Shown here: one piece after another, positions 11,343 through 22,490 of the stretch
How positions within the stretch are numbered: the first letter of the stretch is position 1
How the letters are laid out: every line of letters starts with the position of its first letter
NCBI GenBank assembly: GCA_003427395.1
Contig: BFEA01000046.1
Span: 1,366,573-1,410,688, forward strand
DNA: 44,116 nucleotides
Direction of reading: 5' to 3'
From: Chara braunii
Lineage: Eukaryota > Plantae > Charophyceae
Position numbers and translations under genes: made by a program
The notes under the pieces: generated by a model
Told to the model about the DNA's origin: nothing
The model's database searches: none
What the model saw: only the letters and a program-made list of their open reading frames with translations

Positions 11343-12899
11343 CTACTCCTAGCTAACTAAAATACAAAACAAAGCAACCTACCCCTCGCACACACAGGCC
11401 TAAAACGGTCTGACACCGGTCTAAACCTGACCGATCGGAACCTCGTTCCCCGTAACTACGGCACTCTGCCACCCTCCTCCCCAGAGTGACCTCCTGCGGT
11501 CTGAGCCTCGGACCGAGATGCCCTGGTTCGTATTCTCCCAACTACGGCACTCTCATATCTTTGCAAGTCGAGCCCGAATATTAGTGAATAATATGGACAG
11601 ATACACCTCCACTATTTTTTCCTTTTTGTTTGCTTCTGCACGTCCACAGTTTTTTTTTTTTTTTTTTTGGGGGGGGGGGGAGGAAAGTAAGGAATCCATT
11701 ATCATGAGACATGAGGTCGGGAATTCCTCACAAACAACCCGGAAATGAACCAGTCACACCTGGGACCATTACCCAGGATAGGTATGTGGTTCTTACCCCA
11801 ACAACACTTGGCAGAGCCTTAGAAGAAAGAAGGCCGGCAGGCCTAAGCCTTACCGGACTACAAACTACAAAAAAAAAAAAAAAAAACAGACTCAAAAGAA
11901 TTGGCAAGCACATCCAACAAACAAGGAAATTAACAAAGAGGTCGACTCTATTCTAGCCTGACTTTCTAAACGGGGTAACGCCCCCTCAACAGCCCTGACT
12001 AACCCGTCGGGCGTCGGGGTGGACCCGAGTCCGCCTACTTCTGGACACTCTCCAACCCTCTCAATCCCTCTAACTTCCTACTGCGGAGAATACAACCGAC
12101 TGCACCTGGTTGGTAGAGCCCTAACCCAGCTCTGTGAGAGTAACCCAATTCCACCTGTCCCATCCAATCTGAACAAATGCTAAATCCTCTACAACTACAG
12201 CTACACCCTCAACCTTATCTATCCCCTTTGCCTTCCTTCTATGGAGAGGACGGAATGTAACTACTTTTGTCTGCGAAGCTAATTAACCTCTCTACTTTTG
12301 CCTGCACGTCCACAGTCGTGTTAGCGAGGCCCTTTTTTTTTTTGGGGGGGGGGGGGAGAGCAAGGAATTCCATTAAAGACCAACTTTGAGGTCGAGAATC
12401 CTCACAAACAACCCGGAGCGACTTAAATTGTATTGTTGGGCCAAGCCCCAACTGCTGTTTGTAGGCTTTCGCCCAACAACTAGACAAAAAAAACAATCAT
12501 AAAAGTACTCCCTCTACCAAACATTCCATCCCAGCAAAACACAAAAAATACCCACTAGGGCCAAGTCGAGGGGGTGATTTGGGAGCCTTCGCCCCACCAC
12601 TCATACAAACAAAACAAACAAACCTCATAGCTATCCCTCTATCAAGCATTCATGTTGCCTCTTTATTTATTTTTTTATTACTCTCTAGTCCCTAGCCTAT
12701 TCTAATACCCTCCCCCTACCACTTCCTATCCAATACCTACCCTCTCTGTCCCCTCACCACTCACCCCGCCTATACGACGGTCGAAACCTAACTCGGTTCC
12801 ACGTTCTCCCCTGACACTCTCTTCCCCCTCTTACCGTACTGCTTCCTACTGTGGATGTTAAACCGAGTGCCCTGGTATGTTGTCTGATTCTGCCGCCTT

Positions 12900-15800
12900 T
12901 TTACCCGATTAACCAGTCTGCAGCTTCTCTTCCCCCCCCACTGTTACTAACTTTCCCCTCTGACCTCAGGTATCCAAGAACTATTTGAACCCCGTTGAGT
13001 TGTTTCTCCCCTTCGTTACCTTTCTTCTCCATTCTGTTGTGATTACTCTCCGAATCAACGCCTTCATTGTCGCCTTGATCTCCTGATCAGGCATGATCTT
13101 GTTGTTAAATTGAGTCTTGTTTCTCTTTGTCCAGATGATCCAGAATCCAATTGCCCTGATTCCCTGTGCAACATACCCCCAGCCCTTCTTCAGAGGACGG
13201 TCCTCAGGGACTCCTCCCAACAACACCCAATCTCTATCCCATGTGAACCCATCCCCAATCCGTTCGTCCCATTGTCTGGCCCACCATTACCAGATCCTCC
13301 TTGAAGTTGGGCAATCCCACCAAATGTGTGTCGTCGATTCGAATCACCATCGACATCTCTTGCATTGAGGGTCTACCGTTAGGCCTCGGCTTATTAGCAA
13401 GACTGCCGATGGTGTTGCCAGCAAGGATGCTAACCACAACAGTGCAGCCGCTCTTGGGTGCGGGGGGTCTGCCAGTTGCTCCCAACATCTTTTCAGGGCA
13501 GTTGCTATCTTTCCTGTATCCTCTTAGTAAACCCGTGCCCATCTTTCTGTTGCTGTTGTCAAGGGGGTCCTGGCCGGTACCTGCATCTCATAGGCCAGGT
13601 TCAACGAGTAATCATCCAGTCTTGCGTGTTCTCCTCGTACGCCTCTCCCTCACCACGCCCATTGGTCTGGGTCTGCTTTCAGATCCGCAATAGGTCTCCC
13701 CGGATTCCACAATGCTGCTCCCCATACCCCTTCCTCATCCACTGACTCCCGCACTCTAATCTCTGTTAATCTTCCCCGTGGGATAGTGATGATTTTTCCC
13801 TCCTCTTCCTCTATTGTTAGTTTTCCATTCGGGCCCTCCAGGGTCCACTGTTGAAGTGTTCTCCCCTGATATGGGTGTCGCTCCATGAGTTTCACGAACC
13901 TTTTGTTCGGCGAGTCCGTCTCCATTTCATACCAGGTCCCTGGGGGGTTTACTTGGGTCGGGGATATAATTACTCTCCATTCCTCCAGGATCGCCTCCAA
14001 AACCACAGTCCTTCTTAACCGAACATACTTGCAAGGTGTTAACCTGTCTCTTATACACATCTAGATGTGTATAAGAGACAGCCCCAGTACTTCTTAACCG
14101 AAATGGGTGTTGCTCCATGAGTTTCACGAACCTTTTGTTCGACGAGTCCGTCTCCATTTCATACCAGGTCCCTGGGGGGTTTACTTGGGTCGGGGATATA
14201 ATTACTCTCCATTCCTCCAGGATCGCCTCCAAAACCACAGTCCTTCTTAACCGAACATACTTGCAAGGTGTTAACTTTCCTTCCAACTCCTCTGTTGTAC
14301 ACCATCTCCCAGAATCCTCGTTCCACAAATCCCTCACTCGGACGATCCCACGTTCCATCCAATATTTCCTAAAGTTCCCTGGTGCAGACTTTGCCATCAC
14401 CATTGAACCTTTCGAGTCCAATACTCGGGGGTTCTCGAAGATGATTTGCGACAACACTTCTTCTTTTGTCTTCGGCTCCGACAGCATATCTGGTTTTACC
14501 TTTTTCCATGCCTGCACGACTGCGCTCCAGAATTCTGACTTGATCCGTCTCTTTAGGAAGGAGTCAATCCACACGCATGCCCACATGTCCTTGGGTCTTA
14601 TCAGACTCCACTCCTTTGCAAGGATCCTTCAATGTTTGTATTGCTCTGTGCAGATTGCCCGGACTACCCATTTCGCAAGCATGGCTATATTCTTGCTCTC
14701 TGGGTCCACTATTCCTAGCTCTCCTTCTTGTTTGGGAGCACAAATCAAGTTTTAGGCTACCTTAGACATTACCCCTTCCTTCTCCTCTGCAAAGGGGCGC
14801 CACACGAATCTGGTTACCTTCCTTTTCACAATCGCCTGAGTCTTTTTCCCAGTCGGCCTTACATTGCCTACATACGTCAGCAGTGTGAGGAGTCCTACGT
14901 TTATTATTAGTGCTCGACCAAAAAGCGAGAGGTGAGGGGCCCGCCCCCAAGTCGACATCCTCTGCATCACCTTTGCTTGCAGAATCTCCTCTTGACAGAG
15001 TGCACATGAGGTAAGTGCTACCTGGACCCCAGGAACCTTTCAGACTCATTCTGTTGAATACGTTTCATCCCCAAATCCACTTCTGGTTTGTATCGTTCTG
15101 GCAGAAAGTAGGCTGACTTAGACCAATTGATGGCTGCCTCCGAGAGTTCCTCGTACTCCTTCAAACAGTTGCGGAGAGCTGTCATCGAGTCAACTGTGTT
15201 TGCTGAGACTGCGAATAGGTCCTCTGCCAAAGCTTTGACCTTACAGACCCTGTGGCCCAACTGCGGCCCAACCACCTGTGCCTATGTCCTGATGTTGTTC
15301 AGTGGAATCTCCAGGTGGACTACAAACAATAATGGTGCTAGTGGGCATCCTTGCCGGAGCGAGCGCGATAATTGAAACGGAGCGGAAATGTGCCCATTCA
15401 CCCTAACTGAGGCGGTGGAGAGTGAGTACAGTGCAATTACCCAGTTGCAGAATAGTTCTCCGAAATTCATCCACTTCAGCGACGTCAATACGTACGACCA
15501 GTTTACCCGGTCGTACGTTTTCTCCATGTCCAACAATAGTACTACTACATCAAGATCTTCCTTCCCAACCACCTCTAACATTTCCACTATTGTCACAATA
15601 TTATCGTATATTGATCTTCCTTGAACGAACGCTGCTTGGTCATCCTCAACTAACAGCGGGATATATTTTCCTAACCTGCTCGCTAAGACCTTGGCAATAA
15701 TTTTGTAGGATACATTCAACAACAAAATCGACCCCCAGTTCCGAATTTCGTTGGTGTCCCCTTTCTTGAAAAGAATGGAGATAATCCCTTTGCATGTTGT

Positions 15801-17325
15801 GACCGGGAGTTTTCCCCCTAGCCGGATCTCGTTGTATACCTCGACTAGATCTACCCCTTCCGATAGAATTCTACCGGTAGACCGTCATTCCCGGGTGTTT
15901 TTCCTTTTGTCATAGCTTTCACTGCTCCCCAGGCCTCCTCTTGTGTAATGGGTCTATCTATATCTAGTCGGGCTTGTGTCGTCAATCTGACTGTTGTGTT
16001 AGTCCAGTGATCTGATCCGTTTGCTAGGTCTGTATCCGCACCCCCCTCCGGTCTCCTTGACGTGAGGATGTCTCGATAGTATGAGACCACGTACCTACAT
16101 AAGTCAACAGGAATTACCGCCAATGGTTCCTTACTATCAAAGGGGTGTTTGAGCTCCTTCATAACTGGGGCCGTTCTTGCAGGGAATAACTTTTGAAAGG
16201 TAGCTCTAGACATCCTATCGTATACCTTTATTCCCTTTATTTTTAGTCTCTCTGCCCATTTGTCTGACTCGTCCTGCTGTAGTGAGTCCCATTCTGTCTG
16301 TCTGCGTACCCTCTCCTTCCCTCATGTTAACTCTGAGATTGGATGTTGTTGCATCCTTTCCTCTGCCTCCTGCACTCTTTTCCGACACTTCCTTTCCCTC
16401 TTATTCCTATTTAGCGCCAAGATCCGTGAGAACACATTTAGGAAATTGGAGACTATTCGTGCTCATGCATCCCACCACTCTGCCAACGAGCTGAACTTCT
16501 CTTTCTGTCCCCCCCACGATGCCCAGAAACCTTTTACCCAACTGTTCATCCCTTCGTCCCTTATATTTGACACGTTCAACTTAAAATACCCTTTTCCTCT
16601 CTCCTGATTCATGCCCAAGTTAAATACTCCCACTACCGGTCCGTGGTCCGAGATCGGGCTATCTATTGATGCTACCCTAACCACTCCCTCTTTCACTTCC
16701 CCTCCCATCAGCAGGTAGTTTAATCTCCTACCCCTTCCTTTGTGGGGAAACCATGTGAAGCCTCGGTCTACCGGGTGCAGGTCTCTGAAAGAGTCGTGGA
16801 GATCTAGATCGATCATCAGATCTACCAGTGCTAGTGTGTCGTTACTGCACCAATTAGATCGCTGGCTCACTGATGTGTCAAGTACGGTCTTAAAGTCACC
16901 TCCAATAACAATATTGTCCACTTTAGGTAGGATGACTCTGAGTTCCTCAAGAAACGCAGCTCGCTCCTTTCGACCAACCGGGGCATAGACTGAGACCACT
17001 GCCTAAGTCACTTCCCCCTATCGTAGGACCACCCAAGCCCACCTTCCCCACAAATCTGCTTAGTAATCCTCAACATCTGGGCCAAGTTCTCTATGAATGA
17101 GAATTCCTAACCCCCTTTCGTTACTTTGGCCGCGACCCAAATCTGTGGGTCGTCCCACCATCTCCCGAGTGCCGTTATCTTCTCATCGCTTAACTTCGTT
17201 TCCTGCAGACATGGTACCGAAATCCTATTCACGTGCAACCAAGTTTTAAACCTCGCCTTCTTATACCTGCTTGAGGTGTCACCCAACCCTTGCAAATTCC
17301 AGGTGACTATTTTAACTTCAACCAT
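12900..17325 (-). pseudogene. LINE ORF2: APE endonuclease, reverse transcriptase and zf-RVT, with many stops and frameshifts
   Basis: APE motifs VTWNLQGL, CLQET, VSVYAP, GGDF, SDH. RT motifs KTPGNDGLPVEFY, LLNVSYKI, LLDMEKTYDRVNW, SLRQGCPLAP, LAEDL (decayed FADD), INWSKS. HIWWDC-type zinc motif near 13310-13330. Confidence 0.95.
14044..14081. other. Nextera mate-pair junction adapter (two inverted Tn5 mosaic ends); sequencing artefact
   Basis: Exact CTGTCTCTTATACACATCT+AGATGTGTATAAGAGACAG, lying between near-identical duplicated segments 13871-14043 and 14103-14275. Confidence 0.99.
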
Positions 17326-19444
17326 TCGGCACCCGACTTCCCTGCTGTGACAGGATACGGGCTTCTTATCTTTCGGCAGTTCTGAGTAAGGACCAAGTGG
17401 ACAAAGATCAAGTCCAGCTTCTTATCTTTCGACAGTCGGATTTTTAACTCCGAAACAGCATCCGCTGTGATCATCGGTGGTGAAATCACGAAGCGAGATA
17501 ATTCCTGTTTTTTTGCTTCCGCGTAGATTTACAATGGAGCTAACCTCAACCCCATTCCTTCCAGTTCTACTAGCTTCGTTTATGAAAGCCTCACATCTAC
17601 AATTGGGACGAAAAATTTAATTCTACTTTCTGTCGGGCCAAAAAGGATCCTCGACATGGGGATATCGGGGATGAGTCCTATCGGGAACGAGTCAAGATAA
17701 AGCGTACTCAAGCAGTCCATTATTGACTGTATATTCGGCATCTCCGAGATTTGTTGTCCAAAGATTGTCAGCAGACCCGCGTTTCTTTGCCACAATTGTC
17801 GCCAATCGTCTATCCCGTGTGGTCTTCTTCCCGGAAGTTACGAGACCGCCCTCATGGTTGACTGACTTCTTCGACTCTTCTTTAGAAATTCTTGAGTCTC
17901 CTGACGGCTCAAATGCCAAGTCTAGTTGTGAGGTCATACTTAATCTCTTTTGTTTGCCTGCACCACGTATCCTTGCTTTATTGGGTATGCCCTCCGATTG
18001 TTGTTCCCCTCTTCCCCCTCCTCTTGCACCTCCGCCCATTACTCCTCCAAACGAGCGCGAAGTGCTCGTACCTTGCTCCCCCTGTTGAGTTTTAGACACT
18101 ACCTGCTCCGAAGTACCTGGAACTGTCCCCATCGTTGGCTGGTGCCCTAGACCCACTTGTCATGTCCCTCCTTGACCGCCTTGAAATCCGTTCCAACCAG
18201 ACCAGAGCGTCGGGAGTACTCCATTGGCCATAAGTCAATCCATGGGGGCCGATCCCCCATACCGCATCCCGGGTTGCCATCCTTGCTGCAGCAGTCCATA
18301 TGCATTCTGGTATGGGGCGTAGTGATGTGGTAGCAGTCCTCCCGTCTGAATCCATTGATTGGTTCCTCCTTCTCTTCCTCCTCCCCCTTGTGGGGAGAAG
18401 GTAGGGTTGTTCCTCACGCTAGTTGCGTGGCTGGCGACTCCTGGTTGCACTGGTGTCGGTGGCCTCGGTCCTAAAGGACCATGATAGCCTTGATCTTGAG
18501 TCACACCGTTGGCAGATGAGGCTTCCCCCGTTCGCTGAGGCTGATTTTGGCCGAAGGCTACTCCTGTGGCTGTGCCCTGATTCCGCCCTTTCACTCCTCT
18601 TCTACAGTCCTGTTCCGAATGAAAGAACTGTTTGCATTTGCTGCACCTCAGGGTTCCTGCCGTGACCAAACGAATTTCAAGCACATCTCCCTTGGATTAT
18701 TTCCACCCAGAGAACATCCTTCATATTCGCCCTTGCTTCCGGATCGATGTCAAAACGAGCGTTGACCAAGGCTGGTCTATCTGGATAAACGTCAGTTGGA
18801 TGCGCCCGAATGATCTTGCCAATCGCCTTCTCAATTTGAGCGTATATAAACGACATATCGTCTAACGGGATCTGCAAGGCAATGACCCAGAAGGTGTTCT
18901 CGTCATTCCGCCTTCTCAACTCCCTGAACTCTGCCCTGGTCATCCAGGGTTTGAAGATTACCTTGTATGTTATATCACCCAGTGTCACGTCCACTTGACC
19001 CTCAGCCACCATAAATTCGGCGACCTCTCTTATCTTCGCCACGTAGGAAGCCACGCCCGGTGCTTCTATCTTGATGCGTCCTTGTCTCTGGATGCTCCCA
19101 AGGGTCTCGTTGCCGATGACCCATCCGTCTTTGAAGGCTCAGACAAGATCATCCTTGATATTCTTCGGTAGGTGACTTGCTGCATCCTTGTAGATGACTG
19201 TAACCGTACGCTCCTTCAACCACTTGACCTTGATTTCGTCAAGTGAGGTATTTAACTTAAACCTAACTTCCCTTCCCTCCACTACCATCTCTCTCGGACC
19301 AATCTCCGTTGGGTACACCCCATCATTGAAACACATGGCTAGAAGATTTTTTATCCTATCCTCATCCTCCCAGAAGTTCGCTTGTTCGTGTGGCGCGAGA
19401 GGGGGGGATCTCCTCGTCCCTTCGCGATCTGGTGTGCCCTTCAT
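17307..19444 (-). pseudogene. LINE ORF1 (proximal copy, ORF1b) with CCHC zinc knuckle
   Basis: Colinear fragments at 19139-19444, 18677-19054, 18235-18684, 17692-18156, 17580-17795 and 17307-17489. CSKCKQFFHSEQDC (C-x2-C-x4-H-x4-C) at 18604-18645. Its 3' end overlaps the ORF2 start. Confidence 0.85.
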
Positions 19445-19908
19445 CCCTCCTTGCTCTTGGTTATCTTTTCCTACCCTCCGAGTTCACCCCTTTCTACTTC
19501 CCTGCTTACGACGTTCACTCTGCTTTCCTTCCCTTCTCAGTTACTAACACCCAGTGAGAGGTGCTCCCTCTGTCTATCATCTCTGCACCTATGGCGACAC
19601 TCTAGCGAGGCCCTTTGTCGTCGCTCAGCTACTCTCGAAATATGCAAACAGGACATGGGGGGCCACGGTGACGGGCGCACGGTAGCGCTCCGCAACATGT
19701 CACCAACGGTAGTTTCGCTGGCACTTTCCAGTCATTCCTTTACGCCCACACTGAGGGAATGAGGTGACCACCACCTCGCGTCAACAAGTTGACGCCAACC
19801 ATAGCCAAGAGTTTGGGAGGTTTAGGTAGTCAATGGAGAGCCCCAAGGTGCCAACATTCTTGTCATATTACCCAAATCATGTGCTTTTCCGTGGTCTTGG
19901 CTCATACT

Positions 19909-21768
19909 CTAGAGCATTTCAGATGCAGGTAAGACATACGAGGCCGAAGACTCCCCATCCGGAAAACTGAACGTTCGGAATGATTTTTCCTCCCCCAGTC
20001 CATCTACTTGTGTGCGGCATTGTTTCGTAGGTAGTTTGCTTCCTCTGAGAGAAAGGTAATCCATTGAAACTTGTGCTTCACGGACCCGAGCTGCCCCCTG
20101 TCCATCGGTATCCGCTCCTGCCCCCAACCCGTGCTCCTGTCTAGCTGCCTCTGCTGAGTGATTCCCCATCCCACAGGATGGCTGGTTTGAAGCTGTATTT
20201 TGTGCTGCGCCAGGAAGGCTACCACCCTGTGGCGGTACTGGACTTGCCGTAGGTGGGGATCCACCTGTACCCGTGTGTGCCCCTGTACCTGCCTGTCCAC
20301 CTGTACCCGTGTGTGCCCTCTTATGAGATTGAGGTGGGGTTTGCATACCTGGTGAGGTTTGCAAGTTTCAGATTAGCGGTTCTGTTGGAGTCTGCAGACC
20401 TGGTGCAGTGCTAACCGCATGCGGATTCACTGGCTGCAGATTCCCCGACTGCGGATTTTGCGGGTTCATTGAAACCCCTGGGGGGGGCGGTTCTGGCTCA
20501 AAAATTGGGTTTAATCTATTATTATTAAAGGTGGAAAGCCCCAACCCCCAGAGCCTCCGGCCGAGGCGAAGCTCCCGTTAAGCCACCCAGGTGCCCAGTG
20601 CAGGCTTGAGCCCAAAGGAATGCTCGATGGGCCAGTCATAAACCCAACCTGGGGCGTTGACGAAGTTTCGGTAGGGAGTTGTGTGACCACCCCTTGGAGC
20701 CTGTACGGGCCTAGGCCCGACGTGGCACCATTTGACTGATTGGCATACTGGTTGTGCGTGGGACCGACCGCTGGGTGAGGGCCGATACCCGGTTTGGTAC
20801 CTGGTACCGGTGCCTGGATGAATTGGTGTACCACCGGAGCCGGGGGCGGCCCAGTTGCAGAACGGGAGGGACCGGGTGTTTGTTGTGCCTTTTCCCCAGG
20901 TGCATTCCCCCCCCCCCCAAACGAGACGAAACGCCCTGAGTGTGCACGTAGTGTTGTGGGTGACATGGGCATATCGTACTATCTTCTGTGTGGTAATACC
21001 ATTTGCACTTCTTGCACCATTCTGTCGCTTGAGAAACAAATTCCAATTTAAAGACCTCCCCCTCTTTTTTAAATTCGAGTTTCTCCTTCCGGGTTTTCCT
21101 TGCCTCGGGGGCAAGATCAAATTTGACATTCATCAGAAATGACCATCCTTCTTAGGTGGATGCGTTCGTTGAATTTTTGCCATGGATGTTTCTACTGCCC
21201 AGTGCAGGTGAAACATGACCCGAAGGGAAACCTGTATGGCCATCACCCAGAATTTACCAGCAGCCTCCTGTGCACATATATCATCCAATTTCTTCTTTGT
21301 GGCCCAACGACAAAACTGAACCTAGTAACAGATATCAGGACCCTCTACCGTGTTAGGATCTTTAAATACGATAATATCCGAACCTTTTTGAACCACAAAA
21401 TCGGCAATGTTTTTTGTTGTCGCCACATACGAAAACACACTAGCGCCCTCAGACTTCACTCTACCCCTTTTCAAGGACGGCTTTACAGCAAGATTGACAA
21501 ACCATCAATCCTCGTAAATGCTGATAAGCATTTCCTTAATTTTGTTCGGCAAATCCCTGGCATCCTCTTGGAAAATTACAATAACGGTTCTTTACTTTAA
21601 CCACTTTACCACCACATCGTCCAATTTTGAGTTGAGGGTAATCGTTGTTATTCGCCCATCCGTCACACACGTCCCATGATTAAGACTCTCCAGTAAAATT
21701 CCGTCCTCGAAATACTTTTGAACCATCTCTCGAATCCGTTCCTCATCCGAATTGGACGAGGGATCCAT
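19909..21768 (-). pseudogene. Second, divergent LINE ORF1 paralogue (ORF1a) with zinc knuckle and P/G/Q/T-rich tail
   Basis: Manual translation from ATG 21768: MDPSSNSDEERIREMVQKYFEDGI...TLNSKLDDVVVKWLK*RTVIVIFQEDARDLPNKIKE...SYVA...FWVMAIQV...NVKFDLAPEAR...CKKCKWYYHTEDSTIC. It aligns colinearly with ORF1b. Confidence 0.85.
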
Positions 21769-22490
21769 ATGAGGTTCAAACTTACAATGTCATGGACTAT
21801 AATTCTACCCGACGTCGAAGGCAGACAAAATCAGGGTATTACTCGGATGTTTACCTAGGGAACATAAGTGCCCACCAAGGCGGGAGGAGCATTTCAAGTC
21901 TCCATTATTCTAATGAATTTGGACAGACCACACAGAACCGACGTCCTTCCCAAATATAGACTATATTTCAGTTGAGTACCCAAACCCTCTAAGAACTGCA
22001 AAGCTCAAGTTAATTGACCAAGTAGGTATCTGAAGCCAAACTCAAGATTGTGAGACAAAATTTTACCATACGAAAGGTTCTCAAAGATGCCACCGGGAGT
22101 CCCTGTTCGTATTCGCCCCACCTCTTCTTTGTCAACACTGGCGTCGCTTCAATCTTCTGCCCGAGAGATGGAGACTAATCCGTCTCCACTTGAGGCGTAG
22201 GCATATCCTTCCTTGAGTCCCTCCCTGCCACCGTTTTTGTTGTATGAGTTGCCCCTGTCCAATGTCGTTTTGGCTCCTTCAAAAGATGGCGCCCCCCACT
22301 GTATGAGCTGCCCGTGACCTCCTTCTTCTTCATATATGTCCTCGCCCAGAATTACGGCAGGTTTCACTTCTTCCACAACTCGCAGAGGTAACTAATACTT
22401 GCAACAGTTACGGACGACTTTCCTTACTTCCCATCTTCGTGACACTACCGGCATCCTATGGTTCTCCAGTGTGTACGAGTGCTTGTAACC

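Larger units (their letters stand above)
12332..21800 (-). mobile_element. Decayed L1/Tx1-type non-LTR retrotransposon (ORF1a + ORF1b + ORF2); ends approximate
   Basis: Colinear ORF1 zinc-knuckle, APE, RT and C-terminal CCHC fragments. The T-run at ~12333 is a candidate poly(A) tail. The 5' end may extend to ~22530. Confidence 0.85.

Noticed and set aside
14044-14081. Tn5/IS50 transposon ends or a biological palindrome
   Set aside because: Exact Nextera mate-pair junction sequence; library artefact (also at 43021-43058).
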